A stretch of 64,000 nt of DNA from Octopus sinensis (taxonomy: Eukaryota). The notes below the pieces were generated by a model. The model saw nothing but the letters and a program-made list of their open reading frames with translations, had not been told where the DNA came from and did not search any database. The translations under genes and the position numbers were made by a program. Shown here piece by piece: positions 39,512 to 53,197 of the stretch; the first letter of the stretch is position 1, and every line of letters begins with the position of its first letter. The stretch is from the NCBI RefSeq assembly GCF_006345805.1, contig NC_043000.1:79546001-79610000 (forward strand), written 5' to 3'.

Positions 39512-41779
39512 TGCAGAGCAATAACAGTAAATATAGTGTTTTCTAAGAGAAAGATGTTTAAACAGTTAGGGGTATATTATCTTCATAGCTAATCCCTGGC
39601 AGAAAGTAACAGGTTTAGTTTCCTTGCTTTAATGTTTTTGTTGTTGTTGTTGTTGTTGTTGTAGTTGTAGTAGTAGCAGCAGCTGCTGTAGTAGTATTTA
39701 CTAATGAAATTTCTCCTCCTCCCCTTCACCCCTGCTAGTAGTTGGTGGGTGTTTCCTTGGTTGGTAGGGATATTTTTGTACATCCCATCCAAAATAGCTA
39801 TAAACTCTTGTAGTGTAGAGCTGCTGTTGGTTGAGTGCCAGTGCAATGATTGCTGTTTTTTGGCTTCCATCCTGTCTTGGAGTATAGCTGCATTAATCTC
39901 TTTTGCTTTAATGTACCATTCATAACTTTGGAAATATTTCCTGTCACTCTGCACTAAGCGTACCATTCCTTATCACCACCACCACTACCAACAATAACAG
40001 TAGCAGTAATAACAACACCCTCACCATCATCACCATAACCAGCAAGAACAGCAGTAGCATCACCACTACAATTGCCATCATCATTAACAAGAACAGACCA
40101 ATAGAATCTCTCTGTAGTTACTCAACATGCTGAAAATAGCAGCCAAATCTCCCTTTAAAGCACATTGTACTACTCAATAAAAAATTAAAGTAAACCAGTT
40201 GGATAATATAGTCTTAAATATATAAGGTCTTATAATAAGATGCGATGGTCATAGCTGGGAGTTCTGTCATAAGTTGTCTTACTTGACTGACCTGAGAATA
40301 TAACTACTCTCATCACTACCACCACAAACAATGAAGCTTCTCTAATGTTATTAAACTGACTAGAAATAATAGCCAAATTTCCTCAAATCGCAGCCTACCA
40401 TATTAAGAAGGTCAGACACATTGGCTAATCTAGTCCTATCTATACAAAATGATGGGACGATCACAGCTAGAAAACCTTTGATTTTGTCTGTTTGATCATA
40501 ATTAATCTAGGATCTAACAACACCGCCACCCACAACAACATCTATAATACCATCAATACTTCTTCCACCATAAGCACCACCAATAACAGTAATGACACTA
40601 CCACTACCAATAACAACATTACCATCAACAACAGTGACAACAACAACACCAGTACCACCAACCCACCACCAGCACCACCTCCATCACTCAGTTTATTTCC
40701 TCATCTATTAGAAGTACATGTCTCGCTCACTTCTTCCTCACTCATTTCTTCCAACCCACTTCATTCCTCTCTTCACTTCTACATGTACCCCACTACTTGA
40801 GATCTAGATATTAAGTTGTTGCTCATTGAATAACACCTTCACATAACATGGAATCCACACAACTGGTTTCCTTTCATCTAAATATTCTTTTTTCTTTCTT
40901 CTTTCTCTCATCTCTCTACCTACCTTTTTCTCCTTTTCTTTGTTGTCTCACTTGTGCACCAGCATGGCCTTTATTTTGATGACTAAAGTAAAGAATTGGT
41001 AAGATCTGAGTTCAGAATTTAGATGAATAAGTCTAAATACTCCAAGACATGTAGCATACCATTTGACTATGAAGCACATCTGCCACTGCTTCACCCTTCA
41101 CTTTTCCTTTCGTACGGGATCTTGTGACATTAATGGTTTTTCCAAGGTTACAAGGCATTGGAAGGAAATGAAATAGAAAATATTGGAAAGTATCTGGACA
41201 TTACATTCTGTGACACATAATGTGTTGTATCATTTCTCTGTTCTTTTTCTACTACCTCTCTAATGGCCTATGCCTGATCTTATGCTGCCTCCACTTAAGT
41301 CTTCCTCACTCATTTATTTCTCCTCTTGTCACACATATTATGTCTCAACAACTAAGTTCAGTTGATCTTTCCTCTGAAATATTTTTCCTTGTGCATATCT
41401 TTTTCTTGTAGAAATATTCACAGCACTGATTTTCCCATCTCAGGGGTCTGATGGAAACTGTCCCTTGCCTTTACTAAACTAATTTTTAAAAACCATGTCT
41501 TTGTGGGTGAATGATATTGCCGTTGAAACTGGAATATAGTAAACAGTGCCAATTTAACTGATGAAGTGACAAAGACTACTCTGTGACATGTGAGTGAATA
41601 TGGTCTTTGTTAATTCAAGAGTACAAACTCATTAGAACTGTGTACTTGATAACTGAGTTGTAAAACAACTCTTATCCTTCATCTAAGAATCATTTGTAAG
41701 TTCCTTGAGATTATAACGATGGAAATTTTTGGTATAATAATAATTGTTCCAAATTTTGGCCTGTAATTTTTCTAGTGGG

Positions 41780-42410
41780 AGAGGTGATTTGATTACGTCA
41801 ACCCTTGTACTTGACTGATACTTTATTTTATCGACCCCAGAAGGATGAAAGGCAAAGTTGACCTTGAACTTAGAATGTAAAGAGTTGCAAGAAATACTGT
41901 ATGGCAGTTTATTTGACGCTCTAATAATTTTGTCAGGTCACAGCAATTTTTTTGAGAGGTTGGGGTTAATTAATGTCATTGACCCTTGTATTTGACTGAT
42001 ATTTTATTCTATTAACACAATGTTGATCTCGACAGAATTTGAATTCAGAACATAAAGGGCCAGAAGAAATAATGTAATGCATTTTTTACAACCACTAATG
42101 ATTCTTATAATTTACTGCCCTTAATGTTTTCAAAGATAAGTCCAAAGCCAGAAATTTGAGGGAGGAAGTTAGGGGATGAAATTGACTCTGAGATGTAAAG
42201 AATCTGAACAAATACCACTAAGCAATTTTTTTACACTAATGATTTTACTTATTCACCAACTTAATAATAATTATGTCTAATTAAAGCCAAGGTCAGTAAA
42301 TCTGATTGCACTCACCCAATGCTTCACTGATACTTTATTGTATCAACCTTGAAAAGATGAAGGGCAAAGTTAACCTCAATGGGAATTGAAGTCAGAACAC
42401 AAGGAGCCTG
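41780..42410 (-). mobile_element. Cluster of three decayed tRNA-derived SINE copies
   Basis: Recurrent GGATGAAAGGCAAAGT.GACC and GAA(T)T.AGAA motifs, the reverse complement of the SINE at 53198. Confidence 0.6.
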
Positions 42411-42529
42411 AACAATTATTGCAAAGCATTTGTCCAATGCTCTTATGATTCTGCCAACCCATCACCTGAATAACAGTAATAATAACAACTACAATAGCGA
42501 ATTCTCCTGTTGAAAGCTATATATGAGTA

Positions 42530-42785
42530 TTTTGCCAAACAACCTACTCAAATGATTTATTTATAGTGATCAAATGTATGTGTTGCACATTAGATCACTC
42601 TCTCCATCAAATCAATGTAGTCTGAACAGGTGCATAGTGTACTATATGTCAGGTGTTGAAGTGATTGCAAGGAACATGAGATGAAGTGTTTTGTTCAAGA
42701 ACACAATGCGGAACCTGTTCTAGGAATTGAAACCATGATCTTGTGTTTGTGACTGCAACACCCGAACCAATAAGACATGCATCCT
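42530..42785 (-). mobile_element. Decayed tRNA-derived SINE (different family)
   Basis: The minus strand has an A-box-like TCTTATTGGTTCGGG and a B-box-like GGTTTCAATTCC, followed by CTTGAACAAAACACTT. Confidence 0.45.
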
Positions 42786-42809
42786 ATAATAATAATGATG
42801 AGGATATTC

Positions 42810-44015
42810 ATTTATTTGCCACAAGGGTGAAGGATGAGGGTGAAAATACAAAGACTGGCATAAAGTGTGGAGGTTTACATATAATGAAATGATAAAAAAA
42901 AAAGGTCAGTATACATAGTATACACTGAAAAAGAAGGGACATATACATAGTATACAAAGATTTAAAAAAAATTGGGGGATGTTGATAGAGATGTAGCCCC
43001 CCTGATACAGAAGGATCTCTAGGGATAATGGAGGAGCCCCAATGTCCAAGCTTTCCCTGAATACCAAGAACAAGTGCCCTCTCCAGTTCCTTCTTTCTGA
43101 CTTATAGGTCTACACTGAGAGAAGTACCATCCACTCTTGCCATTTTCACAACTTTCACCCACCTTTCAAAAAACTCTCAAGGACGGCACTTTCCTCACCA
43201 CTCTCAATTTCCCTTTCAAGTGAAACTTGAAGAAGTCAATGAGAGCTCTACCAAAGAGGAATGTATTTGTCTTCGTGCCTTTCAGCCTTGTCCACCAAAC
43301 AACCTCTTTTGCCACAGCCACTAGGCAAAGGAAAACTACCTTACCTGTCCAACTGAAGGAGGGTGGCAGGGGAATCATCACTACAGACTTGGCTGACGGA
43401 CTGATCCGTCCCACACATGACAGCAGCTAGTCAACATAAACCCACAGGATAGCAATGTCTGGACAATGAATGAGTGTGTGCAGAACAGTTTTGTCACTCT
43501 GCACGCATCTCAGACAAGTCCATCTGACAGCACACCTGTGCCTGTTGAGTTTATCTCTAACTGGTAACGACCTCCCTCACCCCACCCTGGTAGTACTGCC
43601 AGGCCAAGGACATCTGGAAATTATCCATGATAGTTCCTGACTGGAAAGTCCTCCGGAACAGACTAGCCAGTCCGTTTTCATTGGTGCCCAGAGTCTGCAC
43701 ATTAGGAGCCACACCATAACTAATCTGCCACTTAGACGATGCTGGCAACAGACTGCCCACCTAACCATTAAAAAGCATCCCTTCCACAAGAATTTAAACA
43801 AGAGACGTTCCAACCTGGTCAAGCAGTAACTGGTACAAGGCACAGCGGTCAGGTGATAAATGATAACGGAGGCGATGTAGGCATTCGCCACCTCTGCCCA
43901 ATCTTTCAGGGACAGCTTCCTCTCTGCCCATTTCTGGGTAATACTGACCTCCCTGTTCACCACCTCATTCCAGTTCTTATTAACCTGGAGGTCAGGACCA
44001 AACTAGACTCTGTGC
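42810..44015 (-). mobile_element. 5'-truncated Tx1/L1-type LINE
   Basis: W.ERKLSLK..AEVANAYIASVI.Y.LT.VPC...RLERLLFKFLWKG...VR..CCQH and the C-terminal FFKFHLKGKLRV. The 3' end is CCCTTGTGGCAAATAAA. Confidence 0.75.
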
Positions 44016-44209
44016 AGTTATAATAAGTACTAACAGTACCCATGAAAATTCCACAGTAAATATGAAATTTTTTGGATGGTTTTAAGTTTATATAGAACCA
44101 AGCTACTACTACATAATAATAATATTAATAATTATAATAATAATAATAATAATGATGATGATGAAGCTACTCCTTTCTATTATAGGCTATGGTCTGAAAT
44201 GTTGTGGGC

Positions 44210-44373
44210 TAGTTGATTATATCGACTCCTGTGCTTCACTGGTACTTATTTTACCAGTCTCAAAAGGATGAAAGGCAAAGTCAACTTTGGCAGAATTTGA
44301 ACTCAGAATATAAAGCTGGATGAAATGCTGCTAAGCATTTTGTTTGGCGTACTAACAACTCTGCCAGCTCACC
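44210..44373 (-). mobile_element. tRNA-derived SINE, head and core
   Basis: Reverse complement of 53198-53360 (GGTGAGCTGGCAGA...CTGAGTTCAAATTCTGCC...GACTTTGCCTTTCATCC). Confidence 0.75.
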
Positions 44374-44475
44374 ATCTTAATAATGTGAATTATCTTAAAG
44401 ATTGTAATTATTTGTTTTAAATTTAGATACTGTTTCTCTATCTTACATCGTTATGATTTTACTTGCTTATTTCAG

Positions 44476-44556
44476 AATAATCTGGCAAAAGTACAGATCC
44501 TGCTGACTGAAGGAGCTAATGTAAATACAAAAGACCATGCTGGATGGACACCTTTG
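44476..44556 (+). CDS. BARD1: BARD1-like internal exon, ankyrin repeat: NNLAKVQILLTEGANVNTKDHAGWTPL
   Basis: TTCAG| acceptor and |GTATAT donor; 81 bp, phase 0/0. KDHAGWTPL matches vertebrate BARD1. Joins in frame to 62882. Confidence 0.85.
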
Positions 44557-47500
44557 GTATATGTTATTATTATCATCATCTTTCATAAACCATGTTACAT
44601 TTTAGCAGCACAAATTTTTACAAAAATTATATTTTTCTTTTACCTATATGAGAATTTATTATTTGTTTTGGTTAATAATTTTATATTTAGGTGCAGTTTG
44701 CTTTTTTTGTGAACTGTAAAGCAGTGTTGACTTAAAGTTTTCTTTGTAATTGTTAAAAAATTCATATCTAAAAAAAAAAATGATGGATTCCAGCCAAGGA
44801 ATCATGTTTGATGTGAAAGAAACAGAAAGGAAGAGATTAGAGTTTAAGAGAAAGATGATAGATAGCCAGCATTGAGAATGTTGTCAGAGTATCTCCTACA
44901 ACTGATGCAGGTGTTGCAACCATAGCAATAAAAAGTATTAAAGTCATAGTTGAAGCAATTGTAGTGTCATCATATACAGACAAGTCCATCTGACAGCACA
45001 CCTGTGCCTGTAGAGTCTATCTCAAACTGGTAGGAAAGTAGCAGTATTACTTGTTACAACAGCAGTGTCTACAATAATAATGACATTAACCAATCATTAT
45101 TAGACTACAAAGAAAATATTGTTTGCTTCTGTTAAGTACAGTGAATACAATCCATTTACTGGATGGCAAGCAGGAAATAACCAAGAAATATGAGGATGAC
45201 ATAAAAGATAAGAAGCATTGTGTACTAGTGTATGGAAACTACAATGCTCAACCCCAACTCAAATAGGAAAGTGTCTATGAGGAACCTATTTTACAAACAC
45301 TTACATAGCAAGAGGAAGACAACATGGGACTATTATTGCTATCTGCAACAATGAAAAGGGGTTAGATCAATGGCTATAACCATTTACATGTTCTAGAAGT
45401 TTATAATAAATCTGAGCCTCCAGCATAGCACCCCACAGAGATCAGATCAGAGTGATAACAATAGTTGGGGTTGCAGGAGTAGTAATGGGATTCAAGTCCA
45501 CCTCCCAATACCAGCAAAACAAAATGGAAATATCGCTGGATTCCTAGATGTTGATCACACCTGAGGACCTTGCTAATGACATTAATCATTTCCAGGTCAA
45601 AGTGTGCATGCTGATGTGAGTGGTTGTCAGAGGAGGGCAACCTAGATGTCCACATCAGAACATCTGGCCACTTAGGAGAGAAGTCATCTTTAAATATTAA
45701 GAGAGGATATTATGTAAGTTATGAATGTATACAGGTACTTACTTTATTGAGCATAGAAAGATGATCAACCACATCAACCTCAGAAATCTCATTAAATACC
45801 CAATACTTATTGTTCTACCAGTTCTGTCACCTATCATCTAGCAATAGCATTAATCATTTGCTACAAGGGCAATCGTTGAAGGGACTAATTACAAAAACAT
45901 TGGTGGTGTGGTACATAAAATTGAGTATGAGTAAACAGACGTGTGAAACCAGTTTCATATCTATAAAAATAAGGATTTCCAACGTAATTGCAAGGTTATA
46001 CATTATTAAATAGAGCAAATATATTTAAAACCTCCTCAGTACTTGATTGTACTTTACTAATACTGAAAGGATAATGGTCAAAGGTGAGCTTTGTGAGATT
46101 TGAAGATAGAACTTAAACTAAATACTACATTTTATCCCACATTTTACTAGTTCTGCCCCTCAAATACCATTAATAATACCAATAATGACTTCTTTATAGT
46201 CACAAGGCTACAAATATTTGGCAAAGGTGCATATTTGATTTAATCAATAACAATATTTGACAGGTACTTATTTAATCTATTCTAGAAAGATTGAAAGGAA
46301 GAGAGTTCAGTTTATTTATCCCTTATTGCTATTGACAAATTTAATCTACTTTAGAAAGGCTGAAAGATTAAAAGAGTATTGTTGATTTAATCAACCATTG
46401 TAATTGACAGGTACATATTCTAGGGTATACCCTAGAAATAATGAAAAGCAAAGTTAATGAATACAATGAGATTTGAACTCTGAATATAAAGTAATATAAC
46501 TTAGAACATAGTTATTTTATATTGCACTCTACTAAATTGGTCACCCATGCCCTCACACAGCCACTTATTTTGGAGCAGGCTATTACTATTACTCATAATA
46601 AATTTTATAGCACCATTTTAAAATGTAATAAAATATACCATAAAAATGTCATAAAATCTTTAAATATCCTCAACCACCACCACTGCTCCAGATAATATAT
46701 AAATAATTAAATTATACATGTTGTGTATGATTATATAGTTATGAAGTTCTCTTCAAAATTATATGGTTCCATATTCAGACCAACTGTGTTGTACTTTGGG
46801 TGTCTTTTACCATGACCTTAGATCAGTCAAAATACTGTGATTAATCTGAGTTCACAGAAATAGTATGGAAGCCTATCATATGGACTGTACACATTGGGTG
46901 AGACAGTTTAAATGTTACCCAATACAACTCTATCACCTGAATTCTTAAGTGTTATTTGTGGAATCTACCTCTTTGCAATAAGATTTCCAGACTCAGGCTA
47001 ATCCTCCCTTCCACCATTCTTGGTAACTTTGTTATAAAGTCATATTTTGTCCTACTTAGACTAAGCTGTCAACAAAAATAAGCTTTAATGATTCAGTGAA
47101 AAAAGATTTGAAGAGTAGCCCTTTCCCTTGAGAAACACAATTTTATTGAGTTCATATATAATGTTGGAGAGTACTACTTAACATTACATAAGTAGACCTT
47201 TCTCAGTATTTAATAATAAACAAGTATCAGAATACTTATTAGACTTCTGCAAAGTATGGAGGTTAAGAACAGAGAAAACTGCTTTTAGGCCTTCAAAATT
47301 ATATTTGGAAGATGTTCACAAGAAACAATATATATAATAATGATGATGATTATTTCTATCCAAGGCAGAAGGTGGCATATACTCATTGAAGAGTTGAATA
47401 TAGTCAATTAAATGAAATCCTAGTATTTGAATGGTACTTAATTTATGAACTATAGCAAGAAGAATGGCAAATTCAACCTTGATAAGATTGGAAGTGCAAC

Positions 47501-48649
47501 ACAAATGTAACTAAATATGGCAAAATATTTTGTTTGCCACTCTTCCAATTCTGCCATCCACCAATTTCTAACACTGCCACAAGGTCACATATCTTAGGGA
47601 CGAAGGATAGAAGTGATTTAATTTACTATAATTACTTCACTGGTATTTTATTTTATGGACCCTGGTTGGATGGAAAGCAGAAATCACTTCTGGTGAGATT
47701 TGAACACAGATGACATGTTATAAGTTTATACTGCATCACTTAGACCATACATTGGATAGCTAGTGGAGGAATAAATTGTTATTTAGCCTAAGTTAGACAT
47801 GATTAAGCATACCTATATTCAAAAACATTCTAGCTGTGACCATCATGTCTTTTATTCAGACATTCTATTAAGGTCCGTATTTGTCCCATATGTGCTCAAT
47901 CATAAAAAGATATTAATTCTCTCTCTCTCTCTCTCTCTCTTCACACAGATCATATACACACTAACACATACATCACCCTCACCTTCCAACTGTTTTGTCA
48001 CCTTACTTTGCAGTGATTTACAAAATATTTCAGTAGTTTCTGCAGTAGTTTGCCTAGAGGTGGCAAATTCCAATTTGAAAACATACTTCTTTAGGTCAGT
48101 CTAAGTATGCTGGCCTATCAGCAAAAATATTCCTGCTGTCACTATTCCATCCTTTTTTCCGAGGACTTCAATTATCTATTTGTCCTTTATTTTACTAAGA
48201 CAGTAGGTTGCAATATAAAGAATATTGGCCTTTACATTTAGTAGATGAAGCAATCAAATAGAAGCTCTATCTCTCCTGTTTCCTTAAGCTTATGAAATGT
48301 ATATTAGCAACAGAGGTGGTATTAATACCAAAAGGCAATATTTATCCCCACTTAATCATGGATGTTCTATTAGAACAAACTATACTATGGTAGATACCAT
48401 AAGAGTTTCCACTCTTCAAAATGCTCCTTTTTAATATGATAGTAGATGTGTTAACATACTTGAAACAAATAAGGTTTTCAATCTAAGCTTTATTCATAGG
48501 AAAATGCTGAGGGGGAAAATGTATCAAAAGTAGATTCGCTATTTTCTGACAAGTGGCTTAGAGAAAATACGTTACACTAAGGAGTGGGAACTATTGTAGG
48601 GTACCTCATAGATGTAATTAAGAGACCAAACTGAGAAATTTAAACTTGT

Positions 48650-49250
48650 CCTTTTACCTATGTAGTTGTAGCCCCAGACTAGCCTTGATTATAAAAGCAT
48701 TTGATAAAAGGCATACCAGATGTAATAATCTTTTTCTTTATTTTTAGATGTAGGGTAATAAGGATTAAATTATCCAGGTTGTTCTTTCCTTATTTAGATA
48801 GTAAGATATGATTTGAAGGAGATTTGTTTGCTATTTCTTGCTGGCTTGAAGAGACTCCTTCATTAGTTTGTTGCTATTATTTAGCAAAAGGTTAGCCCTG
48901 ATTGACCAAGTGTGTGACCAAAGGTCTTAAGCTGTCTTTTATTCACCTTGATTGTGAATAAATCTGTAATTCAAAGGTGTTAGAACCATCATCTTTTTTT
49001 AAGGCATAATGTATCCTATTTTTGCTTCTTTTCTAAGACATTTGTATATAATTGAGGGATAGGTGGCTGCTATTTTTAGTACATTAAGTGAAGTCATAGC
49101 TGCAACCTGTCTTTTTCCTTTCTTTTTGAGCAGACAGTAGATTTTTAACTACATTATCCAGTGTGTTTTTTTTTTTTCAAATCAGTAAGATGTGATTTAA
49201 AGGTGATTTAGTTGATCTGCCATTTCTAGCAAGTCAAGTAAGTATAATGA
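48650..49250 (-). mobile_element. Cluster of 3-4 decayed copies of a short repeat (SINE-like) family
   Basis: Recurrent GTGTGATTT(G/A)AAGG..GATTT..TTGCT.TTTCT motif; + strand copies lie at about 40130-40480. Confidence 0.45.
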
Positions 49251-51056
49251 GATTCTCTCCCCGTTTTGGGATATATGGTGTGATCATTCCTACAACTTCT
49301 CTAATTATTGATAATTACACCATCCTAAAAATTTTTAATTATGTTGTCTATATATTTGCAGAGATTATACCTAAACCACAGCTATTACACTCTAGAAAAA
49401 TTTAAATCAAAATTAATTTTGAAGAGTTAAAGTAAAAAGAAAAAAGTCCTCTAAGCTTCATAGATCTTTTAAGAGTCAGTGTTTCGTTTGTTTTATGGTA
49501 TTAATAAATGAGAGACAAACATTTGCCTTGGAAAGAATGCTTGTTTGTTATTGATAAACCTGTAATTTTTCCCTTGTTCAGTTCTAAATTCAGCCTTAAA
49601 TGCACTTAGTGTATCCAAGACCACATCATCCAAAGTGTCTTTTTAAAATAGGAGGGTGTATTTTGTGTGAGATTTAACTGTTATTTCTATTAGACTGAGT
49701 AGCATATAGAGGCTCCCTTATTGTCAGTGCCGTTATCTTGCCTCTCAACCCTAATTTGATGAAAGTAAAAGGCTGCTTTTATCTTTTTTTTCCATCCAAG
49801 GGGATTTTTAGCCCAATATTCCACAGGTTATTATTTATAGCTTTATCTACTTCAAGTTCCACCATAAAAAATAATTTACTTCAATTCTCTCAAAGTTTCT
49901 AAATTCTTATAACTTAAACATTAAATTTTATAAAAGATCTGATTACCTCGTGGTCCATTTATTGTCAGCCCCAGTTCTAACTTATGAGGAATAAAACATA
50001 GGATTGCCATATTAAAAACAGTAGTCTGTTGCTGCAGAAATGGTTGCTACATTGAACCAGTCAAACAACTGCATAGAAGTTGGCTTACTGGTCTTGTCTA
50101 TTACACCTGTTAACTTTGTTAGCAATACTTTGTCATTTAGCTGTTTATTATTGATTGCAGTCAGATTGTCTATTGCTTGTTCTCTAATTGTATCTATAGC
50201 TTGTATATTTTGATTTAGATTTTTGATGCTTGATGCATTAAAAACGTTAACACTAGCTTAGCTATTTTTTCCTTTTTTTCCTGTACATATGGATGACACC
50301 ACTGAGCAATTAACCTAAGTGATATATTTGTTTTTAAGTATGTTAATTTTTTTATGCTTACTTGTGTACAATATTGTACAACTACTTTGTGAATCTTATT
50401 ACTTCTTTGGCAAGAACTGTGAAGGCTTTGCTTCACTGTGGAGGTATAATAAGACTGAAACATATCCATGTCTCCCGTATTTGTCTGAGTAATATTAGTC
50501 ACTAAGATGATGTTGCTTATTCCTCACTACATAATTAGAGATATAATTAATGTAATACTCATTATCTTAATTATGTTAACCCTTTCGTTACCAAACCGCC
50601 CAAAGCCGCCCGAAAAAAATTTTGGTTAATGTGACCAAACCGACCAAAGCCGTCCGTATTTACCTATTCATATTTAAATGAGAATATCAGAGCAAATCTC
50701 TTTAGTACATTCGTGAAAACATGTGATTATACTTCGTAAACAGTTCAACTACAGTTTTGTACAACGATCGACGTGTAATTTTAATTCCGTGAATTTTGGG
50801 AGATTTTTTCTACATTTTTTTCGGCATCGATTTTTCTTCAACTTTGAAAATGGATAGGAGTTTCATGTTATCAAGCATTGATTCCGAATTTAAAGCTTTT
50901 TCAAAGGAAAATAGGGAGATATCAAGAAAAAGAATGAAATAGGTACAGAAGCACGTGGTGTACAAAATAATGAATAGGATTTTTTTTATCCGAAAATGAA
51001 AGCGATTCCGAAGAAACAAAGACGATTTTACATCGGAATGAAGTAAAAAAAATTTT

Positions 51057-51795
51057 GGCGATCTTTCGTTTGTAGTAGCACGTTTCCGTCGATGATTTCC
51101 GTAAAAAACTTTTATTCTTTTACATATGGGCTTGCGGGAACATTTGAAGTAATGAGAGCGAAAGAGACTAAGAGGAAGCGATTTTATGACGAGGGAATTT
51201 CTTTTTGAAGTTACCAAAGCACATATACACATACACCGAGTAAAAAATTACACTGAATCGGCCATACATACATACATACATACACACACATACTTACACA
51301 CACACATACATTCAGACATACATATACACACACACATACATGCATACATACATATACACATACACCGAGTAAAAAATTACACTGAATCGGCCATACATAC
51401 ATACACACACACATACATAGATACATACACACATACATACATAGATACATACACACACACACACATACATGCATACATACATATACACATACACCGAGTA
51501 AAAAATTTCAGTTATCTCTCTCTTTCACACATTACTCTCTCTGTCTCTTCACACACACTAACAAAAGCACTTCACTTACACAACATACTGTCTGTCTCCC
51601 ACACCCCATCAAACACTCACATGTACATCAATGCTTCGGTTACTTCAAAAGAAATTCCCTCGTCATAAAATCGCTTCCTCTTAGTCTCTTTCGCTCTCAT
51701 TACTTCAAATGTTCCCGCAAACCCATATGTAAAAGAATAAAAGTTTTTTACGGAAATCATCGACGGAAACGTGCTACTACAAACGAAAGATCGCC
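51057..51795. mobile_element. MITE with about 165-bp near-perfect TIRs (MULE-like)
   Basis: GGCGATCTTTCGTTTG...TTACC(A/G)AAGC arms, with AAAATTTT on both sides (8-bp palindromic TSD, so the TIR edge is ambiguous). Interior has short tandem units CATACACCGAGTAAAAAATTACACTGAATCGGC. Confidence 0.75.
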
Positions 51796-52022
51796 AAAAT
51801 TTTTAAATGTTTTTATTAGCAATTTTTCTGAGGAGATAAAGTTTATCTATAGCCTTTCTTAGTAAGTGAAACCATTAGACTTTTATTTTTTTCAGTATGC
51901 TAGTTTGAAGCGATCACTTCGAAAACAAATTTACGCAGAATGTAAACAAAACACAAAATCGGGGATCAAAGTTTGTAAAATTTGTGAAGTAAATACTGGG
52001 TACTGCTGTGGATTTAGTTTTT

Positions 52023-52766
52023 GGTAAAATTACAGATTAACACCCGCACGATTTTCACTAAGAAAAAAAAAAAAAAGCTCGGATTTTTTGCGTGGAGTCA
52101 AGTACCCTGACCTCCTAATATGCTGCAAATCCCATATTTTGGTCCGGAATTGCTCCGGAAAGGGGGGAGGGTGTTACCCCCCCCCCCCCCGGAATTTTCA
52201 CATGGAAAAAAAAATCAGATTTTTTGCGTGGGATCAAGTAACCTGACCTCCTAATATGCTGCAAATCCCATATTTTGGTCCGGAATTGCTCCGGAAAGGG
52301 GGGTGACCCCCCCTCCCCCGGAATTTTCACAAGGAAAAAAAAAAATAATATATCAATAATTTAGAAAATTTCCGGAGCAATTCCGGACCAAAATATGGGA
52401 TTTGCAGCATATTAGGAGGTCAGGTTACTTGATTCCACGCAAAAAATCTGATTTTTTTTTTCCCATGTGAAAATTCCGGGCGGGGGGGGGGGGTTACCCC
52501 CTCTTTCCGGACCAAAATATGGGATTTGCAGCATATTAGGAAGTCAGGTTAGTTGATTCCACACAAGAAATCTGAGGTTTTTTTCTTTTTTTTCCTTGTG
52601 AAAATTCCGGGGGGGGGTGTTACCCCCCCTTTACGGAGCAATTCCGGACCAAAATATGGGATTTGCAGCATATTAGGAGGTCAGGGTACTTGATTCCATG
52701 CAAAAAATCCGAGTTCTTTTTTTTTTCTTAGTGAAAATCGTGCGGGTGTTAATCTGTAATTTTATC
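52023..52766. mobile_element. Foldback-type element built from inverted arrays of about 135-bp modules
   Basis: Termini G(G/A)TAAAATTACAGATTAACACCCGCACG in inverted orientation, with TAGTTTTT duplicated at 52015-52022 and 52767-52774. Confidence 0.8.
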
Positions 52767-53197
52767 TAGTTTTTATACAGGGAAAATAATGTTAGTCAGC
52801 ATGGCCTAGGAAACGATGTGGTCTGGAATTTATCACTTCCATACCATAACCAGGGCCGTATATTATTTTTTGACCGATTTCTTTAGTTTGTTCAAACTTG
52901 CGGTGGATTCCAGTATTTCACTTTATTCCACCTTTATGGTACACCTGTTGTGCATTAAATTCAACTGATGATATAGTGATGTGCACAATTCTTCTTTATC
53001 AAAATTTTGTTGCATACCCATTTGAATATTAGCTGATGATTCATTTTCTATGGTGATGTTTCAACAAGATTTTAATTTTTTTACCTTTTGCTCAATTTAA
53101 AATTTTAATATTTTTACCTTTTGCTCAATTTACCTGGATTTACCGGTAATTAAAGTCACTTTGAGACAAAAGTTATGCAATAGAATTGATTAAGAAC

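Noticed and set aside
39700-39925. Strong acceptor-like site (TACTAAT + pyrimidine tract + TAG at about 39737) and the ORF 39704-39925
   Set aside because: No recognisable protein and no convincing in-frame donor; treated as a cryptic site.
9376-52766. Repeat-spacer-like arrays (9376-9590, 51230-51500, 52023-52766) as CRISPR candidates
   Set aside because: The context is eukaryotic, there are no unique equal-length spacers and no cas genes; these are ordinary tandem or foldback repeats.
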